DNA of 64,000 nucleotides. Source: Octopus vulgaris. Lineage: Eukaryota. The notes below the pieces were generated by a model, which saw nothing but the letters and a program-made list of their open reading frames with translations, was not told the DNA's origin and searched no databases. Of the stretch, positions 1 to 12,814 are shown piece by piece. The position numbers and the translations under genes are program-made. The stretch spans positions 48,050,001 to 48,114,000 of the forward strand of contig OX597825.1 in assembly GCA_951406725.2 (NCBI GenBank), in the 5' to 3' direction. Positions within the stretch are counted from its first letter, which is position 1. Every line of letters starts with the position of its first letter.

Positions 1-297
1 ACCTGAGAAGTGAGATCGCTAAGATGTGGCAGCTACGAGAGACGAACATAAAGGTTATCCCTATTGTCATTGGAGCATTGGGTTCAATATAACCCAATCT
101 GAAAAAACATCTGAAAACCTTAGAGATACCCTACAATCTAGAGGTATTGCAAAAGTCGGCATTACTTAAAACTGCACGCATATCGCATAAAGTACTGTCT
201 GTCTGAGGTCCTTGCTGTGACTTGACAAACAATACAAACCCCCAGTAGACACAGTATCTTCTATCAACAACCTCATATTGTATACTATGCGATGTCT
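1..297 (+). mobile_element. 3' end of R4/Dong-like non-LTR retrotransposon (restriction-like endonuclease C-terminus and 3' UTR)
   Basis: Reads LRSEIAKMWQL..KVIPIVIGALGSI*..EVLQKSALLKTARI..KVLSV* (stop 204-206); followed by an (AAT)/(AAC) tail at 298-390; homologous to the pieces at 13390 and 17241. Confidence 0.75.
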
Positions 298-341
298 ATA
301 ATAATAATAACAACAACAACAACGACGACGACGACGACACC

Positions 342-380
<39 letters not shown>

Positions 381-482
381 AATAATAATAAAGCGAAAGA
401 CTACTCAATATATGCGATAGAATGTATTTGTTGCAAACTGACGATTCAATGTCATCATTCAGGTTCTAATACTGCAAGCATA

Positions 483-988
483 TCTATATATATAAAACTC
501 TAGTTGTGTGAGTGTCTGTCCCCTTCGATTTAGATTCCTAACTCCTCCCACATTTTGCGGTGCAGTTTAACCAAATTCGGGTATCTTATAGTCGTGATTC
601 ATATCGAGCCCGTCTGACTATTAGCGCGCGTCAACGATGAGTCTACGATTTTAAAAATAATTTAACATCATTTTTTATTCCATTTTAATGCATAAAATGT
701 ATCGTGTGTCGATGGCGGCGGAGTTGGCGTCCACGCTCACAGCTGCACCTGTTTGCTTCTCCCCCTTCCCTCCCTCGTGAAGCTGTGAGGAAGGGAGTGT
801 AAAGAAATCAACGTCGTAAAGCGTTGTGAAGGAAACCAGCGTTCTTTTAGAACAACGACTTCATGGCTTGAAGACACCAAAACAAAAATGGCTAAGAAAG
901 CCCGAATTTATAAGGGAAGTAACTCTCTAAAAATGCTTATATAGTTATTTCCCTTACAAACCCGAGCAACGCCGGGCGATACTGCTAG
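483..988 (+). mobile_element. Non-autonomous Helitron-like element, copy 1
   Basis: 5' A|TC start (TCTATATATATAAAA); 3' GC-rich hairpin CCCGAGCAACGCCGGG then CTAG at 985-988. Confidence 0.8.
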
Positions 989-1368
989 TCTTTATATATA
1001 AAACTGTAGTTGTGTGAGTGTCTGTCCCCTTCGATTTAGATTCCTAACTACTCCCACATTTTGCGGTGCAGTTTAACCCGAACCGGGTGTTTTATAGTCG
1101 TGATTCATATCGAGCCCTTCTGGGTATTAGCGCGCGTCTACGATGAGTCTACGATTTTTAAAATAATTTACCATTTTTTTCCATTTTCATGCATATTTCT
1201 TTAAAGGGAAGTAACTCTCTAGAAATGTCTACGATGAGTCAACGATTTAAAAAAAAATTTACCATCATATTTTTTCCATTTTTAATGCATTTTTTTGCTA
1301 TTACTCTCTAAAAATGCTGTATAGTTATTTCCCTTACAAACCTGAGCAACGCCGGGCGATACTGCTAG
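989..1368 (+). mobile_element. Non-autonomous Helitron-like element, copy 2, head-to-tail with copy 1
   Basis: TC start directly after the CTAG of copy 1; first ~190 bp nearly identical to copy 1; same hairpin and CTAG|T end at 1365-1369. Confidence 0.8.
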
Positions 1369-1713
1369 TATTTCATAAATAGTGCTCTTGTTCCTCAACA
1401 GAGCTCTTTTTTTTTTTATCAAATATGTCTTATATTCTTTTCGGGGCTTTATTTTCTCAGCGCAGCCATATTTTCTTAAAGACTTCAAACACGACAATAA
1501 TAGTAAGAAGTAAAAAAAAATTGTAGGAAAGAACCGAGAAATTGTTGTTTGAGCTCCATTTCAAACAGCGATTGTGTGAAGATAACAAAAAAAAAAAAGA
1601 AAATGAAAGGGAAATAAACATAAATTAGCATAAAGAAGCTTTAAAGGGAAATAACTCTGACAAAGTTAGACTTTTAAAAAATTATCTATTATAGTTTACA
1701 TTCCTTGGAGATG

Positions 1714-1800
<87 letters not shown>
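1714..1800. repeat. (GA)n microsatellite
   Basis: Direct reading. Confidence 0.95.
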
Positions 1801-1801
<1 letters not shown>

Positions 1802-2001
1802 AAAAGCGAGGCCAAAACAGACAGAAATAAAGTGCGAGTAACGCCAAAGTGAGATTAAAACGTTGAGACTTAGAGATCGAAGCCGCCCTATTTCGGTGAC
1901 CCTACTAATAAAGGAAAATCATATAATCTTCTCTTTGTAAGCGTGTTATAAGTTTTATGTTTGTTGTTAATTGTTTGTAAGTGATATGAAATAGAATCAA
2001 G

Positions 2002-2150
2002 GTATGTATGTATGTATGTATGTATGTACGCATACATACATACATACATACATACATACATACATACATGCATGCATGCATGCATACATACATACATACA
2101 TACATACATACATACATACATACATACATACATACATACATACATACATA
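2002..2150. repeat. (TATG)n abutting (CATA)n microsatellite
   Basis: Direct reading; source of the MYVC/YIHT ORFs. Confidence 0.95.
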
Positions 2151-2318
2151 CTTCAGACAGTTTGATTATGGCAAGTCGAAATTTCGAACTCACCGTCGAC
2201 CTTTCCTTTTAATAATCAATGAATATGTACGCTAATTCTTCATTTTTTGTTAAATAGTTTGATATATATGTATGTATATATATGGGGGGGGGGGGCGTGC
2301 GCGCGCGCGCGCGTGTGT

Positions 2319-2739
2319 GTGCTATTTTAGCGTGTGATCTACAAGGGAGGTTACTTTAGGTTACTTTTTAGCTCACTATTGAATTTCTAAAAACTCGTAA
2401 GATGTTGGCTAAAGATTTTTTACAATGTGACGAAGGAAGTTGCATTTTTACAAGAAACCAGCACTGAATTTCTCTAAGAAAAAGAAATGTACCACTTTGA
2501 TGTGTGAGCTTCAATTTAAAGAGAGATTACTTTAGGTTACGTTTTCATTTACTTTCCGTGTAATCTACGTGAGCAAATTAATTTTGGTGGGTGATCTACA
2601 CCCTTATTTTAATTATCATATGGTTTTCTTCTTACTAAAATAGTTAGAATTTTGAAAAGTACAATGCTAAATATATACAAAATGATGTAAAAAGTAACCT
2701 AAAGTAACCTCCCTTGTAGATCACACGCCAAAAGAGCAC
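2319..2739. mobile_element. MITE with ~50-bp terminal inverted repeats
   Basis: GTGCTATTTTAGCGTGTGATCTACAAGGGAGGTTACTTTAGGTTACTTTTT at left and its near-perfect reverse complement ending at 2739; an internal subterminal copy near 2527. Confidence 0.8.
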
Positions 2740-2756
2740 CTAGTTTCTTTTTAATT

Positions 2757-3101
2757 ATTTCAGTCATTTGACTGCAACCATACTGAAACACCGCAGGACT
2801 TATCCTTTGTAGTCGCTAAGTTACGGGGACGTAAGCACTCCAACATCACTTGTCAAGTGAAGGCGGGTGGAATAAACACACACACAAATACATACATGTG
2901 TGTGCGTGTGTGTGTGTGTGTGTGTGTGCGTGTGTGTATAAACGACGGACTTCTTTCGGTTTCCACCTACCAAATCCTTTTGGATTTTGGTCGGCCTGAG
3001 GCTATAGTAGAAGACACTTGCTCAAGGTGCCGCGCAGTGGGTCTGAACCCGGAACCATGTGGTTGAGAAGGAAGCTTCTTACCACACAACTACTCCTGCG
3101 C
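2757..3101 (-). mobile_element. tRNA-derived SINE, family A
   Basis: Reverse complement of the 61217-61620 copy; box A/B-like head and internal (CA)n. Confidence 0.8.
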
Positions 3102-3112
3102 ATATATATATA

Positions 3113-3326
3113 TTTCGTTACTGCCCACAAGGGGCGCTAAACATAGAGAGGCCAAACAAGGACAGACAAACGGATTAAGTCGATTACATCGACCCCAGTG
3201 CGAAACTGGTACTTTATTTATCGACTCCGAAAGGCTGAAAGGCGAAGTCGACCTCGGTGGAATTTGAACTCAGAACGTAACGATAGACGAAATACCGCTA
3301 AGCATTTCGCCCGGGGAGCTAGCGTT
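3113..3326 (-). mobile_element. tRNA-related SINE, family B
   Basis: Contains GTCGACCTCGG..GGAATTTGAACTCAG, which recurs at 12126, 12815, 13045, 24730, 31040 and 45559. Confidence 0.75.
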
Positions 3327-3789
3327 TCATATATATATTGAAAACTCTGCAAAAGTTCGGTACAAATTCTTCGTGGTTCAAAACGTTGCTTACTGATACA
3401 TATATATACATACAAGGTTGAGTAAAAAATAAGCAACGAAGAATTTGTACCGGATTTTTGCAGAGTTTTGAATTCTTTTAAACATTTCTTGCAATTGTCT
3501 GATACTACAGACATAGACTTGCCCAAATGCAAGTCTATGTTTATTTAAACTGTCTCTTCCTCTATCTATAAAAGAATGATTCTTGTTTTTGTCTCCACTA
3601 GTCCTGATGGAATAGTATTAAACCCCCTCCCCCAATAGTAAATCCAAATAGCAAAGTAAAATCAATGATAAGCAGTATCTCCATGAAAAAATATTAATTA
3701 CTACCATGTTTCTATTGATGAAACGTGTTTCTCTACCCACTAACCCTCTTTGTGATGTTGGTAAATGGAATAAGTATAAAAATGAATCT

Positions 3790-4680
<891 letters not shown>

Positions 4681-4692
4681 TATGTACGTACA

Positions 4693-6600
4693 ACTAAAGA
4701 ATTTGTACCGAAACCATCTAAAGTCTATATCACTAGCTTACCACCGTTCTCCATCCCAGTCACTGAAGATCCAACTCATAGCTGCCAGGAGGAATCTTGA
4801 TGAGGCTTACTTGAACGCCGAGGTCGAATTTATCAATGGCAAAATTAGTAAACTATCGAAAGAGCACATTAGTAAAAACCACAATCTCGCCTGGAAATCC
4901 ATCAAAGACCTATCAGGCAAAAATTCTGGGTCATCAATTAGAATTAAAGGGGGATCAGCTAAGAAGCGTTTAGAAAATTGGTCAACCCATTTTAAAAACC
5001 TCCTTGAGAAGAATGCCAAAATCCCTGATAACCCCACTCTTCCAAGTGTGCCTATATCAGACACGCTGGACATCAACACCTCTCCTTTTACCATATTTGA
5101 ACTAACAGCAGCCACCAAGCAACTAAAAGCCTCGAAAGCATTTGGTCCCGACAACATCCCAGCTGTAATTTGGAAGGATGATAGATTTCACACACTTTTG
5201 CTCAACCTCTGCAACCACACACTTTCCACCTTTGTCGCTCCAAAGATTTGGCACCAATCTCAAATCATTCCAATACCCAAAAAAGGCGATTTGTCCCTCG
5301 TCACCAACTACAGGGGCATATCTCTAATGTCAATTGCTGCAAAACTGTACAACAAACTGATCCTAAATCGTCTTGTCCTTTTTGTTGAACCTTTGCTCCG
5401 AAAGAACCAAAATGGATTCAGACATGGGCGCTCAACGCTGAGCCAGATACTATGCCTGCGCAGACTTATTGAAGAATCAAAAGCATTTAATCGCGATCTT
5501 GCAATGGCATTTGTAGACTTTTCTAAAGCGTTCGATTCTGTAGATAGGTACAAGATGTTTGAAATCCTTAAGCTCTATGGGATACCAGACAAAATTATTT
5601 CTGCCATCAAGGTCCTCTACACAGATACGTCTTCAACCATCTTAACCCCTGATGGAGAAACATCATCTTTCTCAATCAAAGCCGGAATACTTCAGGGAGA
5701 CACACTCGCCCCATTTCTTTTCATCATTGTTGTTGATTATGTGCTACGTATGTCAGTTGATACCATCTCTGGCAAGGGCTTTGAAATAAAACCAAGAAGA
5801 AGTTCCAGACACCCAGCTGAGTACTTGACAGACACTGACTTTGCTGACGACATCGCTCTTATCAGTGATTCTCTCTCCAATGCCCAGTCTCTTTTACAAT
5901 CTCTTGAACAAGCCTCAAATTGTGTAGGTCTTTACCTCAATGAGGCCAAAACTGAATACATAAACAAGTGCCTGTCCAACAGTGATTGCATCATCCACAC
6001 TCTCAACAGTGCGCCTTTAAATATGGTTTCTGATTATAAATATCTTGGGTCATACATATCATCATCTGGAAAAGACTTTCTAACTAGAAAGGGTATGGCC
6101 TAGTCAGCCTGTAATGACATGCATAAGATCTGGTCATCAAATCTAAGTAGAGACTTCAAACTTGAAATATTCAAAGCCACAGTCGAACCAATTCTACTAT
6201 ATGGCTCAGAAACCTGGACGTTATCAAAGAAGCTTGAGAGGCGGTTGGATGGAACCTACACTCGCCTCCTTATGAGAGCTCAAAATCTCTCGTGGAAGCG
6301 CCATCCAACCAAAATGCAAATATATGGGAAATTACCACCTGTGTCATCTCTTGTGAAAGGTAGGAGAGTCCAGTTTGCTGGACATTGTTGTAGAGCTGAA
6401 AAAGAAGTAATTTCTACTCTTCTCCTCTGGAAGCCATCTACTCGCAATACCAGAGGGCGCACACTCTCCTACCCTGATGTAATCTCCAGGGATACAGGCA
6501 TCCAGCAACAGGACCTCCGTAATGCTATGATGGACCGTGAAGTCTGGCGTAACATAGTAAATTCCATTGTCTCGACCACGGTCGAACAATGATGATGATG
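4693..6600 (+). mobile_element. 5'-truncated RTE-group LINE
   Basis: RT motifs NYRGISL, QNGFR, FVDFSKAFDSV, QGDTLAP, FADD, YLGS; (ATG)n tail at ~6589-6603; flanking duplication ATGTACGTACA at 4682-4692 and 6601-6611. Confidence 0.92.
4712..6592 (+). pseudogene. Reverse transcriptase and C-terminal domain of the RTE-like ORF, with one premature stop
   Basis: ORFs 4646-6103 and 6119-6592 are in the same frame, separated only by TAG at 6101-6103 (likely from TGG); endonuclease missing due to 5' truncation. Confidence 0.85.
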
Positions 6601-6743
6601 ATGTACGTACATCGCTATATGTATATATAAATATAAAAAATGGAACAAAAACGCAATAGAGGACAATAAACATTTGGATAGATAGACGATACAAAGGCGG
6701 ACAGGAGAAAAATCAATTAGAACGACAGAGACAAAAAAAGAAC

Positions 6744-6951
6744 GTGGTAAGTAACTTGCTTACCAACCACATGGCTCCCGGTTTAGTCCCACTGCGTGAC
6801 ACGTTAGGCAAGTGTCTTCTACTATAGTATTGGGCTGACCAAAGCGTTGTGAATGGATTTGGTAGACGGAAACTGAAAGAAGCCCGTCGTATATATATAT
6901 ATGTGTGTATATGTGTTTGTGTGTGTTTGTTTGTTTGTTTGTTTGTTTGTT

Positions 6952-7028
<77 letters not shown>

Positions 7029-7178
7029 TTGTGGGTCTGTGTCTTCCCTACATTGCTTGACAACAGATACTGGCGTGTTTACGTCCCCGTAACTAAGCAG
7101 TTGGGCAAAAGAGACCGCTAGAATAGGTACTAAGCTACACTTTGATCTTAGCCAAAAGGCCGAGAAGCTTAGAAAGAG
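6744..7178 (+). mobile_element. SINE family A, 5' part; interrupted by a U2 fragment and the Gypsy element, resuming at 11919-11970
   Basis: Aligns to 61217-61620; the continuation TAAG..GGTCAATTTATTCGACTAAAGGCGG follows the 3' LTR. Confidence 0.8.
7135..7168 (-). pseudogene. U2: U2 snRNA 5' fragment (about nt 4-37), retrocopy-like
   Basis: Reverse complement GCTTCTCGGCCTTTTGGCTAAGATCAAAGTGTAG matches the conserved U2 5' end (stem I and U2/U6 helix region, ending in the branch-site recognition sequence). Confidence 0.88.
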
Positions 7179-7406
7179 TGTTACACATTCATATATATGC
7201 GTATGCGTGGGCGTGCGTGTGTGGAATGCGTCCCCGCTTTTGGCACTATTTTATAAGTATTACTACGCTGTGTCTAAAGTTATATAGGTGTCGCTGCGCT
7301 GAATGTGGTCAGTTCGTGTAACATGAAAAAGTAATTAAACACGTAAAACAATAACAATGGCTTCATATCGGTTGTCTATCCCATTAGAACGAAATAATAC
7401 ATAACA
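7179..7406 (+). repeat. 5' LTR
   Basis: TGTTAC..ATAACA; about 8 substitutions versus 11691-11918. Confidence 0.95.
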
Positions 7407-7419
7407 TGGTGGCAGCGGT
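7407..7419 (+). promoter_or_regulatory. Primer binding site, tRNA-Leu
   Basis: TGGTGGCAGCGGT directly after the LTR, complementary to a tRNA-Leu 3' end (..ACCGCTGCCACCA). Confidence 0.8.
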
Positions 7420-7530
7420 AAATAATTAATCGGAAATTGTGCCTTTACAAACAAAACGGAAACACAACGAACCAGAAATTAACAAACTAAACATCGCTTC
7501 GTCTTCGGACACACATACACGAGAATCCAA

Positions 7531-10500
7531 AATGGCGACCCCCGTCGCCGAACAGTTGAATCTACATCCGACCATGAACTGGGACTCCGGTGATATCGTG
7601 GAAGCATTTAAGAAATTCAAACAGAAAACTCAACTAGCTTTCAAAAGTTTCCTGAAAGGCACAACTGAAGATGAAAAGGTAAGCAATATCCTTTTATGGA
7701 CGGGCGAAAAAGGTCTAGACCTATTCAATAGCTGGGACATGTCAGAATCGGATTGCAATAACCCAGACACATTTTTAGAGAAATTTGAAAGGCACCTAGA
7801 GCCCAGATCGAACCGTAGAATTCACAGATACGAATTCCAGGGCCTAAAACAAGACCCACAAGAAACGATTGACAATTTCCTGTCCAGACTAAAGAATGTT
7901 GCCGAAAAATGCAAATTCAAAGATAAGGACGAAAGAATTGTTGATCAATTAATATGGGGGTGCGCTCATAAAGAAGTTCAAAAATCCCTCAACGCTCTCC
8001 AGTTGATAGAAGCAGTAGACACTGCAAGAGCATTCGAAGCCACTACCAAACAAATGGCCTCACTTACCTTACAAACAAGCTCACTAGGCAGCAGTGTAGA
8101 TATTGTATCTAGGCACAGGACGAAACATACCCGCAAACAAAGAACATCCTAGTACTGTGGTACAGAACATGAGTTCGATAACCGGAAGAAATATCCTGCA
8201 TTCGGTACACACTGCAAAGCATGTGGAAAACCTAACCACTGGGAAAAAATGTGTAGACTAAAAAAATCTCAGAAATACAAGCCCCAATTTTCAAAGAGAA
8301 GACAAAGAGATATACATGCACAACAACAGGAACAAAACACCTTAGAGGAGGAATTCTTGGCAGTCGGCACAATAAATGTGCATGAGATGGGAAATGACAA
8401 CCAGAAAAAAAATGAGGCATACACAACAATAAGAGTACAAAAGAAGTCTGGCAAGAAACGAATAAACATTGACTTAAGGCTGAAGATTGACACTGGAGCC
8501 CAGTATGATATCTTGCCTGTCAACCTCTACAAAAAGATATTCCCAGAACACATGACACAAGAGGATAAAATCAAAGAAGGAATCCTCACACCAAGTGATG
8601 TAATCCTCACTGCGTACGGAGGTACCAGGATTCCACAACTGGGTAAAACAACAATTACAGGGACACACAAAGGAAAAATAATCAAGTGTTCTTTTTATGT
8701 CACAAGAACAGAAGGACTCAATACCTGCAAAAAGCTAAATATTGTGTCAATCAATGGTGAAGTGACGGCAACTCCGAGCAGGATTGACAGAGATATGCCT
8801 ATCAAAGACCGACCACCAATCACAAACAAAGAGGAACTGATAAGCATGTACCCTGAATGCTTTGACGATACAGTCGGGTGCTTTGTGAAATGTCGTTACC
8901 ATATAACAGTCGACCCCAATATCAAACCAATTGTTCACCCACCTCACCGCGTCCCTCTAGAACTAAAAGAGAAGCTGAAGACAGAGTTGGACAAAATGGG
9001 AAAAAAAGAAATAATCACCAAAGTGACACGACCAACAGACTGGGTAAATTCAATTGTGATCAAGAAAAACCCAATGGTACCCTACGGATATGCCTCGACC
9101 CAAGGGACCTGAACAAGGCATTAAAAAGAGAGCACCATCCAATTCCAACCCTTGAAGAAATCACACCATCATTGGCTGGGTCCAAATTATTCAGCAAACT
9201 GGATGCCAGTAATGGGTACTGGAATGTAAAGATAGACAAAGAGTCATCCATGCTCACTACCTTCAACACACTATTTGGCAGATATCGATTCAACCGACTC
9301 CCATTTGGATTGAAGGTGAGCCAAGATGTTTTCCAGCGCCAAATAGATGAGACCTACCAAGGCTGCAAGGGAGCAATTGGAAAGCAGATGACATCCAAGT
9401 GCATGGCAAGGATGAGACCACAGACGACTTCAATTTACATGAAGCTATGGAGAAAACCCGACTAGCAGGCATCAAACTCAATGCAAACAAGTGTGTGATA
9501 AAAGCAAAGGAGTGCAAATTCTTTGGAATTATATACTCTGCAGAGGGAGTTAAACCAGACCCCGCTAAATTGGAAGCCATCAGAGACATTAAAGAACCCA
9601 AAGACAAGAAGGAACTCAGGAGCTTCCTGGGACTCATTCGCTACATGGGAGCCTTCATACCCAAGCTGGCCGATCACACTGCAAATCTCCGAGAACTAAA
9701 CAAAGATGACGTAGAGTTTGATTGGTGTGCTTCACACACACAGGATTTCAAAACAATCAAAAAGCTCATCAGTAAGGAGACAACTCTGCAATACTATGAC
9801 AGACGCAAACCAGTAACACTCCAAGTCGATGCTTCTATGAGAGGAGTTGGCACTGATACAGGAAGGTAAACCCATTGCATATGCCTCGAAAGCTCTCTCA
9901 CCCACAGAGACAAGGTACGCAAATATTGAAAGGGAACTCCTGGCAGTAGCATATCGATGTGAAAAGTTCCATACATACTTGTATGGCAGACATTTCAATA
10001 TTGAAACAGACCATCGCCCGCTAGAACAAATACATAGAAAAAACCTGACAAAAGCACCAGCCAGACTGCAAAGATTACTGTTAAGGCTTCAAACATACGA
10101 CTATGATATCAGGTACAAGCCAGGAAAAGACCTGATATTGGCGGATGTTCTTTCCAGACTATCCTCACATGATAAACAGGAGATGGAAGGACTAAACATA
10201 AAGGTCCACCACATTGTAAATGTGACAACCACAAAGATAGCGGAAATCAAAGAGGAGACCAGCAAAGATGAAGAACTCCAGCTCCTTACTCAGATGGTGA
10301 TTCAGGGGTGGCCAGAAAAGAGACATCAGGTGCAGCCCGTAATTCGTGAATATTGGGCCATCCATGATGATATATCAGTGGAGAATGGAATCCTAATGGC
10401 TGGATCCCGAATAATTATACCCAAGTCAATGCAAAAAGAGATTCTGGACAAGATCCACCAAGAGCATCTAGGAATGGAGAAATGCAAGCTCCGAGCCAAG

Positions 10501-11356
10501 TCAGCAGTGTATTGGGTAGGCATGTACAAAGACATAGAAAAGACAGTTTCTACATGCTACATCTGTCAAAAGTACAGAAATTCACAACAAAAGGAGGAAA
10601 TGATATCTAGTGACATCAATATTACAACCTCATCTCCACACTACCCCCAAAGGCCATGGGTTTATAGAAAGACAGGTGCAGACAGTGAAGAGAACAGTAG
10701 TCAAATGCCGAGAGACCAAGGAAGACCCACACCTGGCACTTCTGTCCCTACGAGCGACACCACTGAGAGCTGACATAAAATCCCCAGCAGAATTGCTGAA
10801 TGGCAGGAAGTACAAAACTACCCTGCCAACTAAGATCCAACCTCCTATTGACCAGGAAGAGACAAGGGCAAAGCTAGCAGCCACTCAAGAACAATCACAG
10901 AAATATTACAACAAACATGCACAATACTTACCTCAGATACTTGGAGGACAACATGTGCATAATCAAGATCCCATAACTAAAACATGGATTCCAGCACAGG
11001 TTGTCAGTAGAGCTGAAAATCCAAGATCATATATAATAGAAACGGAATCTGGTAGGCAGCTGAGGCGCAACAAGGCCCACATCCGCCCAACACCAAAGCT
11101 GTTGAGGACAACGTGTACAACACCTGCTGCATCAGTGACAACACCCACAGAATCATCACCCCAACGGGCACCAACCACCCATCAGCAGACAACGTGTACA
11201 ACACCTACTGCATCAGTGACAACACCCACAGAATCATCACCCCAATGGGCACAAACCACCCACCAGCAGCCCAACAACACACTTCAGACACCGGTGCGAA
11301 GCACAAGATCCACCAGATGGAGAAAGAACATCCTGCCACCAGTTCGATACCGTTAA
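7531..11356 (+). pseudogene. gag-pol polyprotein with stops and frameshifts
   Basis: Gag with CCHC knuckle (CKACGKPNHWEKMC); protease DTGA (~8488); RT RICLDPRDLN, LPFGL, ADDI; RNase H DAS, IERELLA, TDHRPL; integrase HHCC and C-terminal domain. Confidence 0.9.
11107..11268 (+). repeat. In-frame 81-bp tandem duplication in the integrase C-terminal tail
   Basis: TTCTTP(A/T)ASVTTPTESSPQ(R/W)A(P/Q)TTHQQ twice. Confidence 0.85.
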
Positions 11357-11681
11357 AGAAAAAAACTGCTATGATTAATTTTATTTTACTCAATTTGGTT
11401 TTCATTTTCTTATTAAATTTTTTTTAGGCAATTGAAACTAATGGTATATTTTGAAAAAAAAAATGTAAATATTTTCTCTTTTTATTCATGATAAAGTTTT
11501 TTCAAAAAAAAAAAAGAAAAAAAATTAAAAGATAAGTAACTAATTCTGCTAGATTTCAAAGCAGAGGCAGAATAATCTCACGGTTTCTGCTGCAGGATTG
11601 CCACCTCGCGCTGACAATCCATTAGAGTAAGGGAGACTACTATATTTGTCTTCACTGCCAAAAGACCCCTTTATTTTTTTC

Positions 11682-11690
11682 AAGAAGGGA
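11682..11690 (+). promoter_or_regulatory. Polypurine tract
   Basis: AAGAAGGGA immediately before the 3' LTR. Confidence 0.75.
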
Positions 11691-11918
11691 TGTTACACAT
11701 TCATATATACGCTAATGCATGGGCGTGCGCGTGTGGAATGCGTCTCCGCTTTTGGCACTATTTTATAAGTATTACTACGCTGTGTCTAAAGTTATATAGG
11801 TGTCGCTGCGCTGAATGTGGTCAGTTCGTGTAACATGAAAAAGTAATTAAACACGTAAAACAATAACAATGGCTTCATATCGGTTGTCTATCCCATTAGA
11901 ACAAAATAACACATAACA
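11691..11918 (+). repeat. 3' LTR
   Basis: Direct repeat of 7179-7406. Confidence 0.95.
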
Positions 11919-12125
11919 AAAAGTAAGTTCAGTGGTCAATTTATTCGACTAAAGGCGGCGTCACAGCATAGAATAACACAAGGTTCTACGTGTTACAAAA
12001 GCTCATGGGAGACAACTTTTCGACAATTATCTCCCTTAGCTCAACGTTAGCTTAAATTCGATTCAATTCGAATTTTCTGCACGCTAAAAGATATACATAC
12101 CGCCGTTGATATTTTACCTAAGTAA

Positions 12126-12338
12126 AGCAGCGAGCTGGCAGAAACGTTAGCATGTTGGGCAAAATGTTTAGCGGTATTACGTCTGTCTTTTAGTTCTGAG
12201 TTCAAATTCCGCCGAGGTCGACTTTGCTTTCATCCTTTCGGGTTCGATAAATTAAGTACCAGTTGTGTACTGGTTCGATCTATTCGACAGGCACCCCTCC
12301 TCCAAAATTTTGGGCCTTGTGCCTAGAGTAGAAAAGAA
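12126..12338 (+). mobile_element. SINE family B
   Basis: GCAGCGAGCTGGCAGAAACGTTAG..GAGTTCAAATTCCGCCGAGGTCGAC; multiple copies in the window. Confidence 0.8.
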
Positions 12339-12708
12339 TATTTTACCCCTGTTAATAATTTATATATTTACATATATGTGCACACTGTTACCAAATTTTA
12401 TGTTTATTACGTATTTGAGCGTCAAAATATTTACAACGTTGCTATGATTGTGTATATTTTCTAAGTTTGTGTGTATGTTCATGATTTAGTGTATATTTTT
12501 TTCAGTCTATGGATCATGTGGTGATTTTCACATATACATACATACACAAGTGCATGCACGCACACACACACACACACACACAAATTTTTTTCGTAATGAG
12601 ATAAAAAAAACCAAGGCTGTGTAGATTTTAGAACATTTACAGATAGAAGGTATCTATACATACAGATAGATGTAAGAAGTCTAGGAAACTACAACTACTA
12701 CTACTACA

Positions 12709-12760
<52 letters not shown>

Positions 12761-12814
12761 ATACCACTACTACTTCTAATAATAATAACAACAACAACAA
12801 CAATAATAATAATA

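Larger units (their letters stand above)
7179..11918 (+). mobile_element. Full-length decayed Ty3/Gypsy LTR retrotransposon, Mag-like
   Basis: 228-bp TG..CA LTRs, tRNA-Leu PBS, PPT, gag-PR-RT-RH-IN order, 5-bp TSD AAGAG/AAAAG with one mismatch. Confidence 0.95.

Noticed and set aside
1888-2235. ORFs rich in MYVC, YIHT, IY, HT or poly-N/I/L (here and throughout the window)
   Set aside because: Translations of microsatellites
7135-7168. Functional U2 snRNA gene or Utopia insertion site
   Set aside because: Only 34 nt, no Sm site or rest of U2, and no Utopia-like ORF adjacent
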